64,000 nucleotides of DNA from the NCBI GenBank assembly GCA_963752285.1, contig CAVVXN010000001.1:576001-640000 (forward strand), in the 5' to 3' direction. This document shows positions 1 to 9,078 of this stretch, piece after piece (the first letter of the stretch is position 1; each line of letters starts with the position of its first letter). The notes under the pieces were generated by a model. That model was not told where the DNA came from, ran no database searches, and saw nothing but the letters and a program-made list of their open reading frames with translations. This stretch comes from an uncultured Planctomycetota bacterium. GTDB taxonomy: Bacteria; Planctomycetota; PLA2; JAEUHO01. Both the position numbers and the translations under genes were made by a program.

Positions 1-270
1 CGCTTCGACCGTTCGACGGCGACCGTGAAGGAGTCCGCCTGGGACCTGGTCCAGGACCCCGGCGAGACCCGCGATCTCGCCGACGCCGAGGGGCGGGTGT
101 CGAACGTTCCCTTCGACGAGGCCATGTGCCGCGCGGTGCAGCAGATCCGCGGACGGATCTGGCGCGACGACGCCGCGAGCGGCCCCGGCACGTACGCGGC
201 GCCCTACGCCGCACGCCCCGGCCGGCCCTCGTCCGCCCCTCCCCCGCCGTGCCGTGGAGGCCACCCATGA
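1..270 (+). CDS. C-terminal fragment of a probable sulfatase/alkaline-phosphatase-superfamily protein (5' end outside window)
   Basis: ESAWDLVQDPGETRDLA resembles the ELYDLxxDPxExxNL tail of sulfatases; its stop overlaps the next ATG (ATGA at 267-270). Confidence 0.55.
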   Translation, partial: RFDRSTATVKESAWDLVQDPGETRDLADAEGRVSNVPFDEAMCRAVQQIRGRIWRDDAASGPGTYAAPYAARPGRPSSAPPPPCRGGHP

Positions 271-1640
271 GAACCTTCCGACGCTCCCGCCGTCTCGTCC
301 TCGCGAGGGCCCTCCTCGCGACCGCGCTCCTCCTGACGGCGTTCCTTCCCGCGCGTGTCCGCGCGGACGACGACCCCGCCGAGCCCGCGAAGCCCGCTCC
401 CGGCGGCCGTTCCGCCACGAGGTCGTACACGCGCGTCACGGACGACGGCGACGACCTGAGCCTCGAGATCGCCGCCCGCGAGCTGATCCCGCCCGGTGGC
501 GGCGGACCCCACGTCTGGCTCGTGGGCGCGGTCCACGTCGCGGACCCGTCGTTCTACGAAGACGTGCAGCGGTTCCTCGACGGCCTCGACGTCGTGCTCT
601 ACGAGAGCGTGATGCCCGCCGGAGCGGGTCGTCTGCGCACCGAGAACGACGACGTCCGGGTCGAGGACACCCGGGCGCGGCTCCGATTCCTGGGCCGCGT
701 GACGGCCATCCTCGAGAAGCGCGGCGTCGAGGTCCCCGACTCCTTCGCGCGCCTGGTCTCCGCCGCGGAGTCGATCGACGCGCGGTTGTCCGCCTTCCTC
801 GCCGGCGCGCGGAAGGACGCCTGGGGGCACGACCTCTCCTTCGTCCTGCGCGCTCGCGGGGACGGCAAGACGGGATTCGCGTTCCAGAGCCTGGGTGCGG
901 ACGGCGCCCCCGGCGGAGAGGGCGCCGCGGCGGACATCGAGGTGACCGACCAGGACGACCTCGGCCCGCTCGACACCGCGGCGGCCCGGTCCTTCAATCT
1001 CCAGAAGGAGCTCGCGGAGGCCCTGCACCTCGTGTGGCAGGGGGACGGCATCGACTACGCGAGGAAGCGCTTCGAGCCCGACGACATGGCGCTCGACGAG
1101 CTCCAGCGGGCGATCCGCAAGCGGGGCGGCAACGTGGACTTCATCGACCAGGCGCTCGCGGGCGCCGGGTGGCGCGGACTGCTCTCCCGCTTCGCCATCT
1201 GGATCCTCAAGGTGGCCGACAAGCTGACGGGCGGAGAGAGCGCCGCCGCGATGAAGGCGATGCTCGTGACCACCCTGTCCGACGACCAGGTGATCAAGGA
1301 CGCCGCGGCCGCGGGCATCGACGCGGGCACCATGGAGGCCATCCTCCTCGACCGCAACACCGTGGCCCTCGACGGCCTCACGCGCGCGCTCGGCCGCCAC
1401 GCCGACGCCGCAACGATCGGCGTCTTCTACGGCGCGGCGCACATGTCCGACATGGAGGAGCGGCTCGAGAAGGAGGGCTACCGGCGGGGAGAGACGCTGT
1501 GGATCCCCGCCATCCACGTGGACATCTCCCAGACGGGCCTCTCCCGCGACGAGTTCGACTCCATGCGGGCCCTGGTCGAGCGCATGCTGAAGAAGAAGGC
1601 GAAGGACGCGGCGAAGGACGCGGCGAAGGACAAGGACTGA
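267..1640 (+). CDS. Secreted TraB/GumN (TIKI)-like protein with an internal GspG/T2SSG-like insert
   Basis: Signal peptide; LVGAVHVADPSFY...VVLYESV near the N-terminus and LLDRN...VFYGAAHM near the C-terminus; internal KDAWGHD...FQSLGADGAPGGEGAAADI. Confidence 0.7.
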   Translation: MRTFRRSRRLVLARALLATALLLTAFLPARVRADDDPAEPAKPAPGGRSATRSYTRVTDDGDDLSLEIAARELIPPGGGGPHVWLVGAVHVADPSFYEDVQRFLDGLDVVLYESVMPAGAGRLRTENDDVRVEDTRARLRFLGRVTAILEKRGVEVPDSFARLVSAAESIDARLSAFLAGARKDAWGHDLSFVLRARGDGKTGFAFQSLGADGAPGGEGAAADIEVTDQDDLGPLDTAAARSFNLQKELAEALHLVWQGDGIDYARKRFEPDDMALDELQRAIRKRGGNVDFIDQALAGAGWRGLLSRFAIWILKVADKLTGGESAAAMKAMLVTTLSDDQVIKDAAAAGIDAGTMEAILLDRNTVALDGLTRALGRHADAATIGVFYGAAHMSDMEERLEKEGYRRGETLWIPAIHVDISQTGLSRDEFDSMRALVERMLKKKAKDAAKDAAKDKD

Positions 1641-1662
1641 CGAACGCCCCCCGCCCGCCGCG

Positions 1663-2868
1663 TCACGGCGGCGCGCGCGGCCGCCCGGCCTGCCCGGCCT
1701 GCCCGGCCCGCTGCGCCCGTCCTGCGGCGGGCTCTCGGCGCTCCCGCCCTGCGGCGGGCTTACCACGCTCCCGCCCTCCGGCGGGCTCGCGCCGCCGCCG
1801 CCGCGGCGTCTTCCCGACCGCGCGGAGCAGCCACGCCGGCCGCTCGGGCGGCTCGCGATCCTCGGGGAGGGGCTTGGGCGCGAGGAACGCGCCCGTCGCC
1901 GCGATCACGAACAGCGGTCGCCCGTCCGTGGACCAGCACCGAAGCGCGATCATCCCCAGGTCGTAGTTCTTGTGGTGGACCACGCAGCCGTCGAAGAGGT
2001 CCTTCGCCTCCCGACCGCTCCCGTCCGCGTGCGGCCTCACGTGGCACAGCTCCGCCGCTACGCGCGTGCAGAGCCCGACCTCGCACAGGCCTCCCGAACG
2101 CCGACGGATCGCCCGGACCACCTCCGCCGGGACCTCCCGGTCCCCGGGGCGCTCTTCGGTCGGCGGAAGACGCCGCGGCCTGGGCTCCTTCCGCGTCGGG
2201 TCCCACCGTGCCCGGTACGCGTACGCGAGCACCGCCAGGAGCTGGCCGTTGTCGATCGCGCACTCGGCCTTCTTCTTCGCGATCCTGCGGCACGCCCGCA
2301 GGTCGTCCGCGGCGTCGGGTCCCACGTGCGCGACGAAGGTCGTGACGTCGGACTCCGGCGCGACGTGACGTCGCGCGGCCAGGCGGCGTCCCACGCGACG
2401 GCGGAGCGCGCCGACGCGCAAGGACCTGGCGAGGTCGAGCCAGTCGTCGCCCGCCTCGAGGTAGCGCTCCGGGTCTACGAAGACGTCGCCGAGCAGGATG
2501 GCCGCCGCGAAGGAGATCCCGCCCGCGCGGACCTCCTCCTCCAGGCCGGGCAGGCGCTCCAGGGCGTAGCCGAGCATCAGGAGCTGACGCCCCCGCGCGC
2601 CGTCGAACCCGTAGCGCTCGGAGAGCTCCCAGGTCGAGGCGGCGCTCTCCCACACGCAGGAGCCCTGCTCGTGGAGGCGGACCATCAGCTTCGCGTAGGC
2701 GATCTCGGCGTCGCCGAGCGCGCGGCTCCGGGCCCGCAGGAGCGCGATCCCCTCGGGGTCCTTCTCTCCGCGGAGGGTGCGCCGGTCGATGCGCCGCTCG
2801 GAGATCCCGCCCTCGGAGGGGCGGCGCTCGGGGTCGCTTCGTTCGTGGAGTTCGCGTTCCGACAGCAC
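1663..2868 (-). CDS. HNH endonuclease, DUF222/13E12-repeat-like architecture
   Basis: C-terminal CEVGLC...ELCHVRPHADG...DGCVVHHKNYD Zn/HNH-type motif after R-V-P-AEVVRAIRRRSGG; helical N-terminal region; GTG start. Confidence 0.75.
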   Translation of the reverse strand: MLSERELHERSDPERRPSEGGISERRIDRRTLRGEKDPEGIALLRARSRALGDAEIAYAKLMVRLHEQGSCVWESAASTWELSERYGFDGARGRQLLMLGYALERLPGLEEEVRAGGISFAAAILLGDVFVDPERYLEAGDDWLDLARSLRVGALRRRVGRRLAARRHVAPESDVTTFVAHVGPDAADDLRACRRIAKKKAECAIDNGQLLAVLAYAYRARWDPTRKEPRPRRLPPTEERPGDREVPAEVVRAIRRRSGGLCEVGLCTRVAAELCHVRPHADGSGREAKDLFDGCVVHHKNYDLGMIALRCWSTDGRPLFVIAATGAFLAPKPLPEDREPPERPAWLLRAVGKTPRRRRREPAGGRERGKPAAGRERREPAAGRAQRAGQAGQAGRPRAPP

Positions 2869-2875
2869 GAACGAA

Positions 2876-2897
2876 ACGATAACGAATGGGGGGGACA
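2876..2897 (-). promoter_or_regulatory. Putative leaderless promoter of the HNH gene: TGTC-N12-TATCGT, 7 nt before GTG
   Basis: Minus strand reads TGTCCCCCCCATTCGT TATCGT TTCGTTC GTG; locally AT-richer than the flanks. Confidence 0.5.
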
Positions 2898-3040
2898 GTC
2901 CCGGAGAGCCCGGAAATCAGGGGTTCGAGGCGAGCGTCCGCCCCACTCCGGCGCCCCGGGGCCGTCGGTTCCTCGGGGCGCCCGGGCCCGCTCGCGACGA
3001 TCGTCCCGCGCGGCCCGCGCGAAAATCGGCGTCCGTACGA

Positions 3041-3072
3041 CGACCGCGACCGCGACCGGGACCGCGACCGCG
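3041..3072. repeat. Short tandem hexamer repeat (GACCGC)n, about 5 copies with one variant
   Basis: cgaccgcgaccgcgaccgggaccgcgaccgcg read directly from the sequence. Confidence 0.7.
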
Positions 3073-3077
3073 CGGCC

Positions 3078-4532
3078 TCACGCGCCCGTGTCCGGCGCGG
3101 GCGACCGGAGGTGGGACCCGGCGATCAGTGCCGTCGTCACCAGGGCGACGAGCGTGAGGTACGCCCACGTCGCCGCGTGGGACCCGAGATCCCACGCGTG
3201 GGGCACTCCGCGCTCCGGTCGCAGCATCGCGGCGAGGCGGCGCGCGAGTGTCGGGACCGTGTCGAGGAGGATGGCCGCCGCCGCGACGCGCCCCGCCACG
3301 GACATCCACGTTGATCGACCGGCTCTCCACCGCGTCGTCGCGAGGAGCCACAAGGCGGCCAGGGCCAACGTGCCCGCAGCCGCGAATCCTGCCCCGCGGG
3401 TCGCGGGGTCCGGGCCCTCGGCGAGCGCCGCGAAGAGCTGCTTGGCGGCCGCGACCAGGAACCACACGCCCAACCCGAAACGGAGCGCGGACTCGAGATC
3501 GCGCGTGCGCACGCGCGGGCCGTCGCGCCACGCGCGGCCGGCGCCGTGCCGCCCGCGGAGCCACGACAGGATGCGCCGCGGCCCGAAGAGCGCGATCAGG
3601 GCCAGGGCCAGGAAGAGGCCGCACTCGAGGAGGAAGCGCGACAGGTCGTCCGGCGCGGGGAGCTGCTCGACCGCGGTCCGGAGCACCGTCAGCAGCGCCA
3701 GGACCCCGACGACCGAGAGCCCGAAGCGCTCCACCCCCGCCGCGTCGAGGCCGGAGCCCGGCACGCGGATCTCGGATCGCGGACGCTCACCGAGTCGCGC
3801 GACCCAGCGCGCCTGTCGCCAGAGGAAGACGCCCGACGTCAGGTAGACGAGGAGGCGGGCCGCGCCGACCAGGTCGAGCGAGCCCCACCCAGCGGTCCGA
3901 GCGTCTCCCGACCCGAGATATCCGAGTGTCCGCGCGACACCCGAAGCGAACTCCACGACGATGACCATCCCCGCCGCACGCAGGGCCGGGGCGAGCCAGC
4001 GGCGCGCCCGCCCCGGGCGGGCCTCGACGTGCACGAGGACCCCTGCCCGCGACGCGCGCGCCCAGAGAACGGGGCCGACGATGGCGAGCAGCGGCGGCAC
4101 GAGGTGCGCGAGGTTCCTCAGGCGGTCGTCGCGGTAGACAGCGGCCATCGGGCCGGGCAGGACCGGCATGGGGTAGACCCAGCTCGCGACCGCGATCGCC
4201 AGCCCCGAGACGAGCCACGCCACGCCGACGCAGACGGAGGCGGCTCCGAACCAGGGCGCGAGGCCCCTCGACCGACCGGGCCCCGCGGCGGGCACGAGCC
4301 CGTCGACGATGCGCCGTGCCGACAGGAGGACCCCGAGCGCGGCGAGGACTCCGACCACCTCGCTCACGAGGTAGCGATCCCGGAAGAGCGCCTCCATCCG
4401 ATCGTACGGCCCGAGCGCCAGGGACTCGGACGCGCGGTGGAGCGAGTGGAGCGGCAGGGTGACGACGCCGCGAACGAGCGCGTAGACGGCCCAGCCCATC
4501 AGCAGGGCGGACGCGAGTCGTCGATGCGGCAC
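3078..4532 (-). CDS. Polytopic membrane protein of unknown function
   Basis: About 10 or more hydrophobic segments; GTG 4532 lies 7 nt after TAGAAT (alternative ATGs at 4541 and 4550). Confidence 0.65.
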   Translation of the reverse strand: MPHRRLASALLMGWAVYALVRGVVTLPLHSLHRASESLALGPYDRMEALFRDRYLVSEVVGVLAALGVLLSARRIVDGLVPAAGPGRSRGLAPWFGAASVCVGVAWLVSGLAIAVASWVYPMPVLPGPMAAVYRDDRLRNLAHLVPPLLAIVGPVLWARASRAGVLVHVEARPGRARRWLAPALRAAGMVIVVEFASGVARTLGYLGSGDARTAGWGSLDLVGAARLLVYLTSGVFLWRQARWVARLGERPRSEIRVPGSGLDAAGVERFGLSVVGVLALLTVLRTAVEQLPAPDDLSRFLLECGLFLALALIALFGPRRILSWLRGRHGAGRAWRDGPRVRTRDLESALRFGLGVWFLVAAAKQLFAALAEGPDPATRGAGFAAAGTLALAALWLLATTRWRAGRSTWMSVAGRVAAAAILLDTVPTLARRLAAMLRPERGVPHAWDLGSHAATWAYLTLVALVTTALIAGSHLRSPAPDTGA

Positions 4533-4631
4533 GAGCCGCATTCTAGCCATGGGGGCGAACCAGACCGTGTCTCCGGCGGGCGGCCCGGCGGCTTCGACGG
4601 CCGGCCCGGGCCCCGCCCCGGCGCCCGGCGG

Positions 4632-5045
4632 CTACTTCGGCCTGACCTTCTTCCCTCGCGCGGTCTTCCCCCGGGCCTTCCCCGTTCGTGCCGGCCGCCT
4701 CGCCGCGACGAGGCGATGGCTGTCCGCGACGAGGCCGCGGACCGCGCTCCAGTCCAGGCGCGGCGTGTCGAGGTAGACCCCGATCCAGCCCTGGTGGCCC
4801 ACGTACGGCGGGACGAAGTAGCGCTCGGGGTCGGATTCGACGAGGATCCCCTGCACGCCCTCCGCGGCCTTCATCCAGACCGACGGCCGCGCGTCCTTGG
4901 TGTTGCCCTTCTGCATCGCGAAGATCCTGTCGCCGACGCGCCACGTGGGATCGCCCCACGTCTCCTTCTCGACGGCCTCGGGCAGGGCGAGGCAGAGGGT
5001 CCGCAGGCGCTCGATACGGTCGGGTCGGATCGGGTTCCCTGTCAC
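4632..5045 (-). CDS. MmcQ/YjbR family DNA-binding protein
   Basis: LCLALPEAVEKETWGDPTWRVGDRIFA and RYFVPPYVGHQGWIGVYLD...DW motifs; GTG start 7 nt after TACGCT. Confidence 0.9.
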   Translation of the reverse strand: MTGNPIRPDRIERLRTLCLALPEAVEKETWGDPTWRVGDRIFAMQKGNTKDARPSVWMKAAEGVQGILVESDPERYFVPPYVGHQGWIGVYLDTPRLDWSAVRGLVADSHRLVAARRPARTGKARGKTARGKKVRPK

Positions 5046-5114
5046 GGGGAGGAGCGTACCCGGATGCGCCTCGGCGCGGCGAACCCGAACCTCGCCGGCG
5101 CCGTTCCCTCCCTC

Positions 5115-6647
5115 ATGCGAGGGTGGTCTGGGCTCTTCCTCCGCGTCTTCCTCGCACTCGGCAGCCTCGCGGGGGTCGGCTGCGGGACGGGCTCGGGCCC
5201 TCCGACCGAGGCCCCGGCTCCGCTGGGCGAGACGTGGCAGGCGGCGGCCGCCCGCCTCCTCCACGGCAGCGCCGGCACGCTCGAGGTCTCCCTGCCCCGC
5301 CGCGGGGGCACGACGGCCTCCCTCGAGGTGGGCCCCTTCCACGATCCGCCGCGTCGCGCGCCCCTGACGCTCCGATTCGAGCCGCGGGTGGAGGACGGGG
5401 CGTGGCGCCTCGACGTCCGCGCGATGGGGAGCGCATGGCGGGCGGTCGTGGGCTGCGAGGGCGAAGACCACTGGTCGTGGCCGTGGGAGGGGGAGGAGCC
5501 TCCTGTCGAGGCGAGCGACGTCCTTTACCGCGCGGCGCAGGCGGTCGGCGGCGATCCCACGAAGATGGCGGTCGTGGTGGCGGCCGAGACCGTTCCCGCC
5601 GAACGCGTGCTGCGACTGCTCCAAACGCTCGCCGACGGGGGCGTCGTGGCGGTCCTGCGGGACGGAGTCGGACGGGGACGCCCGTTCGCGGTCGAGCCCG
5701 CGCTGGCCTACCTCGCGGAGCACCAACGCGCCGACGGCGCGTGGGACGCGGCGTCCGGCGACGCGCCCTGTGCTTCGACGCTCGTCCCGGGCGGGATCCC
5801 CTCACCGGGCGAGGGCCGCGCGCTCACCGCAACGACGAGCGTCGCCCTCCTCGCCTTCCTCGGCGCCGGGTACACGAATCGCGGCCGTCACCCCTTTGCG
5901 AGCGTGGTCGCCAAGGGCCTCCGATTCCTGAAGGGCCGCCAGGCGCCCGACGGCACGTTCGACCCGCGGGGCACCGCGCGCCGGCTCCGGGGGCACGCGC
6001 TCGCGACGTGGACGTGGAGCGAGGTCTACGGCAGGACCGAGAGTCCGCTCTGGAAGGGCCCGGCCCGCTCCGCGCTCACCGCGCTCGAGGCGCTCTGGCA
6101 CGACGAGCCGGGGGAGCGGGACGACGCCTGCCTCGTCGCGTTGGCCCTCGCGTCCGCGCGTTCGATCGAGCAGGACTACGTCGCGCGGGGCCGGACGCCC
6201 GCTTGGCGCGTGGCCGAAGACGTCGTGGACGAGGTCGAACGCGCGCTCGAGCGGCCATCGGGGAGCGAGGATTCGCGGGACCGGGTCGCGGCGCTCGCGG
6301 GGCTCCTGGCGCTCGACGACGACACGACGGACCCTCGGGCCTTGCGGATCGTGGCCAAGACGCGCTGGCCCGACCTTCAGCGTGAGAACCCCGATCCCTT
6401 CCAGGCAATGCTCTGGACGCTCTGTGCCTCGCGTGCGGGCCACGCGATCGAGACGGCCTGGTACGACCAGCTCTCGAGCTCGCTCCGGCCCCGACAGCGG
6501 GGGGGCGAGCCGTGTTGCACGGGGGGATCGTGGGACCCCGATCCGGCGTGGCGCCTCGACGGCGGCCGCGTCGAGGCGACGGCGTGGCTCGCGATGACCC
6601 TCCAGCTCCGCTACGGCTACGGCGCGTGCCGCGTGGGCCATCCGTGA
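5115..6647 (+). CDS. Lipoprotein with prenyltransferase/squalene-cyclase (QW-like) repeats
   Basis: Lipobox-like LAGVGC; ALAYLAEHQRADGAW, ALLAFLGAGYT, KGLRFLKGRQAPDGTF, GSWDP...GGRVEAT. Confidence 0.75.
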   Translation: MRGWSGLFLRVFLALGSLAGVGCGTGSGPPTEAPAPLGETWQAAAARLLHGSAGTLEVSLPRRGGTTASLEVGPFHDPPRRAPLTLRFEPRVEDGAWRLDVRAMGSAWRAVVGCEGEDHWSWPWEGEEPPVEASDVLYRAAQAVGGDPTKMAVVVAAETVPAERVLRLLQTLADGGVVAVLRDGVGRGRPFAVEPALAYLAEHQRADGAWDAASGDAPCASTLVPGGIPSPGEGRALTATTSVALLAFLGAGYTNRGRHPFASVVAKGLRFLKGRQAPDGTFDPRGTARRLRGHALATWTWSEVYGRTESPLWKGPARSALTALEALWHDEPGERDDACLVALALASARSIEQDYVARGRTPAWRVAEDVVDEVERALERPSGSEDSRDRVAALAGLLALDDDTTDPRALRIVAKTRWPDLQRENPDPFQAMLWTLCASRAGHAIETAWYDQLSSSLRPRQRGGEPCCTGGSWDPDPAWRLDGGRVEATAWLAMTLQLRYGYGACRVGHP

Positions 6648-6651
6648 CCTC

Positions 6652-8937
6652 TCAGGGCCGCGGTGTCAGGTGCGCGGTCCACGTCCGCGCCTCGCCGTCC
6701 TGGAGCGTGAACCCGAGGCGGCGCGGGACGTGGCCCTCGGCTTCCACGACGACCTCGTGGGGACCGGCCGCGAGGCGGCGCAGCGTGAGCTCGCCCTCGC
6801 GCGCGTCGTAGCTCCGGCCGTCGAGATGGACCTGGAACGCGCCGACCGCGCCGCTCGGGTCCGCGCACGAGACGCGTAGGCTTCCCGCGGGCGCGACGAC
6901 CCTCCACGGGCCCGGACCCCGGAGCACGTCCCGGTAGGGGAGCACGACGGTCCCTTCCCCGCCGACACCGCTCACGTGCACCGTCGCGCCCTCGACGACG
7001 AGCCCCGGCGCGCTCCAGTCATCCCGGTAGACGCCGGGCGGGTCGCCCGCGCGCGGCGTCATCGTCTCGCACCGGCTGCCCGCGATCACCTCGACCTCCG
7101 CTTCGACTTCGAGCGGATGCCCCGCCTCGTCGAGCAGGGTCAGCGCGGGGCCTCGCCGCGGGACGGGCACGTCGCCGAGGTCGAGCGCGTCGAGACCCGA
7201 CGCGATCGCGCGGTCGAGGAGGAGGAGCGGCTGGAGACGCGCGTCCGCGGGCCAGGCCACGAGCAGGACGCGCGCGCCGGGAAGGACGTGCCCCCGCGCC
7301 GGCGTCTCGGCGGGAACGGGCGGCGGTTCGAGGTCGTCTCCGTATTCGAGGATCCAGCCCGGCGTCGGCGGCCCCGACGGGTCGAGCAGGCGAGCGGTCA
7401 CCGCGACCGGGGTCTCGCTCGGCAGCCGGAGCGGCCGCGCCGTGCGGCCCGGGACGAGGCTCGCGGGGTCGATCGGGAGGAAGCGGGTACGGCCCTCCCA
7501 CTCGATCCGCAGCGAGTACGCACGGCCCGGAAGGAGGAGGACGCGGTCCGGTACCGGGTGGCCCTCGTCGCCGAGGGGCGCCTCGTCGATCCCGTCGCTC
7601 ACGAGCGTGACGGCCGTGATCTCGTCGGCCGTCTTGTCGGGCGGCGTCTCGATCCGCACCGCCGCCGGATCGGGCAACGCGAGGTCCACGGTCGCCTCCG
7701 AGGCGGACGAGAGGTCGGCGCGCGCGCCCGCCCGGGAGACGACGTGCCCCGCGTGGAGGGCGATCGCCTGGATGTCGTAGAGGCCGGCCGGGAGATCGAA
7801 CCGTGCGACGCCGTCCGCGTCCGGATCCGTCTCCGCCACGACGCCGTCCGCGACGGACGAGGCGAGGACCACGCGGGAGACCTCCTGGTCGTCCGTCCAC
7901 TTCGGGCCCTCGACCACGACCTCGAGGTGGCGGTCTCCGGTGAGCACGTCCTCGCCCTCGTGCCCTTGGGCGGGAAGGCGGACGGTCGCCTCGCGGCCCG
8001 CGAACGGCACGCCGAAGAGCGCGCGCGGCGCGGGCGTGTTCGGCCCGACGGGATACCACCGGTCCGCGACGATCAGGGTGTAGCCGGGCGTCGGCGGGAA
8101 GCCCGCGACCTCGAACCGGCCGTCCGCGTCCGTGTGCGTCCACGGGCCGCGCTGCCACTCCGCGCTCCCGACGGTGAGCCCCGCCGCCGGCGTGCCGTCG
8201 GGTGCGAGGACCCTCCCTCGGATCGCGGGCGAGCCCCACCCGAGACGGGCCACCTTCTCGCGCGCCCACGGCCGCCACGCCTCGGCGTCGAGGTACCGCG
8301 AGGCGAAGCCCTCCTTCACGACCCACGCGCGTCCCTCGCTCTGCGCGGGCAGCCCGACGAGCCGCGCCCGCCCGTGAACGTCGGTCACGACGTCGAGGAC
8401 GTCGGGCGTGTGACCGCAGCCGAGGAACCAGCCGACTCGGGCGCCCACGACGGGCCGGTCGAGCGGGTCGTGGAGCGTCAGGCGAAGCTCGGAGGCGGGG
8501 TAGATCTCCCAGTCGGCGTCGGGGAAGAACTCGTTCATCTCCGCGTCGGGGCCGTATCCCTCCGCCCCGACGTAGGCCCACGTGGGGTCGCCGAGCCGCG
8601 CCGTCACGTCCGGGTCGAGGTCCCCGCGGTCGATCCGGACCCACCCGGCCGCGTCGGCGTGGCCCACGGCGGCGGGATGCGGGGGTCCGGGCTCCGGATG
8701 CGGGTCCTCCGGGAGCAGAGCGACGGTCGCACCGGGGACGGGCGCGCCCGTCCGCCGGTCCACGATCCGGCGGAGGAACACGGTGTCGTCGTCCCGGTGC
8801 CACGGGAGCGGCGCGAGGACGTCCTCGCCCCCGCCCTCGTCCGCCGTGCTGCGAACGGGCGGCGCGAGGGCCACCAGCGCCGCGAGCGTGGTGGCGACGA
8901 CCCACGGCGGGACCGGATGGGGGCGGGGTGCGCGCAT
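6652..8937 (-). CDS. Secreted protein with carboxypeptidase-regulatory-like (beta-sandwich) repeats
   Basis: Signal peptide; repeated VD..TGAPVPGATV, IRGRVLAPDGTPAAG, TDADGRFEV. Confidence 0.7.
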   Translation of the reverse strand: MRAPRPHPVPPWVVATTLAALVALAPPVRSTADEGGGEDVLAPLPWHRDDDTVFLRRIVDRRTGAPVPGATVALLPEDPHPEPGPPHPAAVGHADAAGWVRIDRGDLDPDVTARLGDPTWAYVGAEGYGPDAEMNEFFPDADWEIYPASELRLTLHDPLDRPVVGARVGWFLGCGHTPDVLDVVTDVHGRARLVGLPAQSEGRAWVVKEGFASRYLDAEAWRPWAREKVARLGWGSPAIRGRVLAPDGTPAAGLTVGSAEWQRGPWTHTDADGRFEVAGFPPTPGYTLIVADRWYPVGPNTPAPRALFGVPFAGREATVRLPAQGHEGEDVLTGDRHLEVVVEGPKWTDDQEVSRVVLASSVADGVVAETDPDADGVARFDLPAGLYDIQAIALHAGHVVSRAGARADLSSASEATVDLALPDPAAVRIETPPDKTADEITAVTLVSDGIDEAPLGDEGHPVPDRVLLLPGRAYSLRIEWEGRTRFLPIDPASLVPGRTARPLRLPSETPVAVTARLLDPSGPPTPGWILEYGDDLEPPPVPAETPARGHVLPGARVLLVAWPADARLQPLLLLDRAIASGLDALDLGDVPVPRRGPALTLLDEAGHPLEVEAEVEVIAGSRCETMTPRAGDPPGVYRDDWSAPGLVVEGATVHVSGVGGEGTVVLPYRDVLRGPGPWRVVAPAGSLRVSCADPSGAVGAFQVHLDGRSYDAREGELTLRRLAAGPHEVVVEAEGHVPRRLGFTLQDGEARTWTAHLTPRP

Positions 8938-9078
8938 GGGGCTTGGAACGTCCCGCGTCCTCGCGTGGAACGCCGGCGCGCCCACTGCGTCTCTTGTCTC
9001 GAGCCGCGCGCGGCCGACGTGCGGCGACAGCGTGCCGCAGAGGGCGGCGCAAATCGAGCGAGGGCGCGAGGAGGGACG

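Noticed and set aside
1599..1637. 12-bp tandem repeat GCGAAGGACGCG
   Set aside because: Encodes a low-complexity AKDA tail; no sign of a separate element.
2910..2945. GGGTTCGAGG resembling a tRNA T-loop
   Set aside because: No T-stem pairing, acceptor stem or anticodon arm around it.
5115..6647. Squalene-hopene cyclase call
   Set aside because: No DxDD catalytic motif, only one partial barrel, and it carries a lipoprotein signal.
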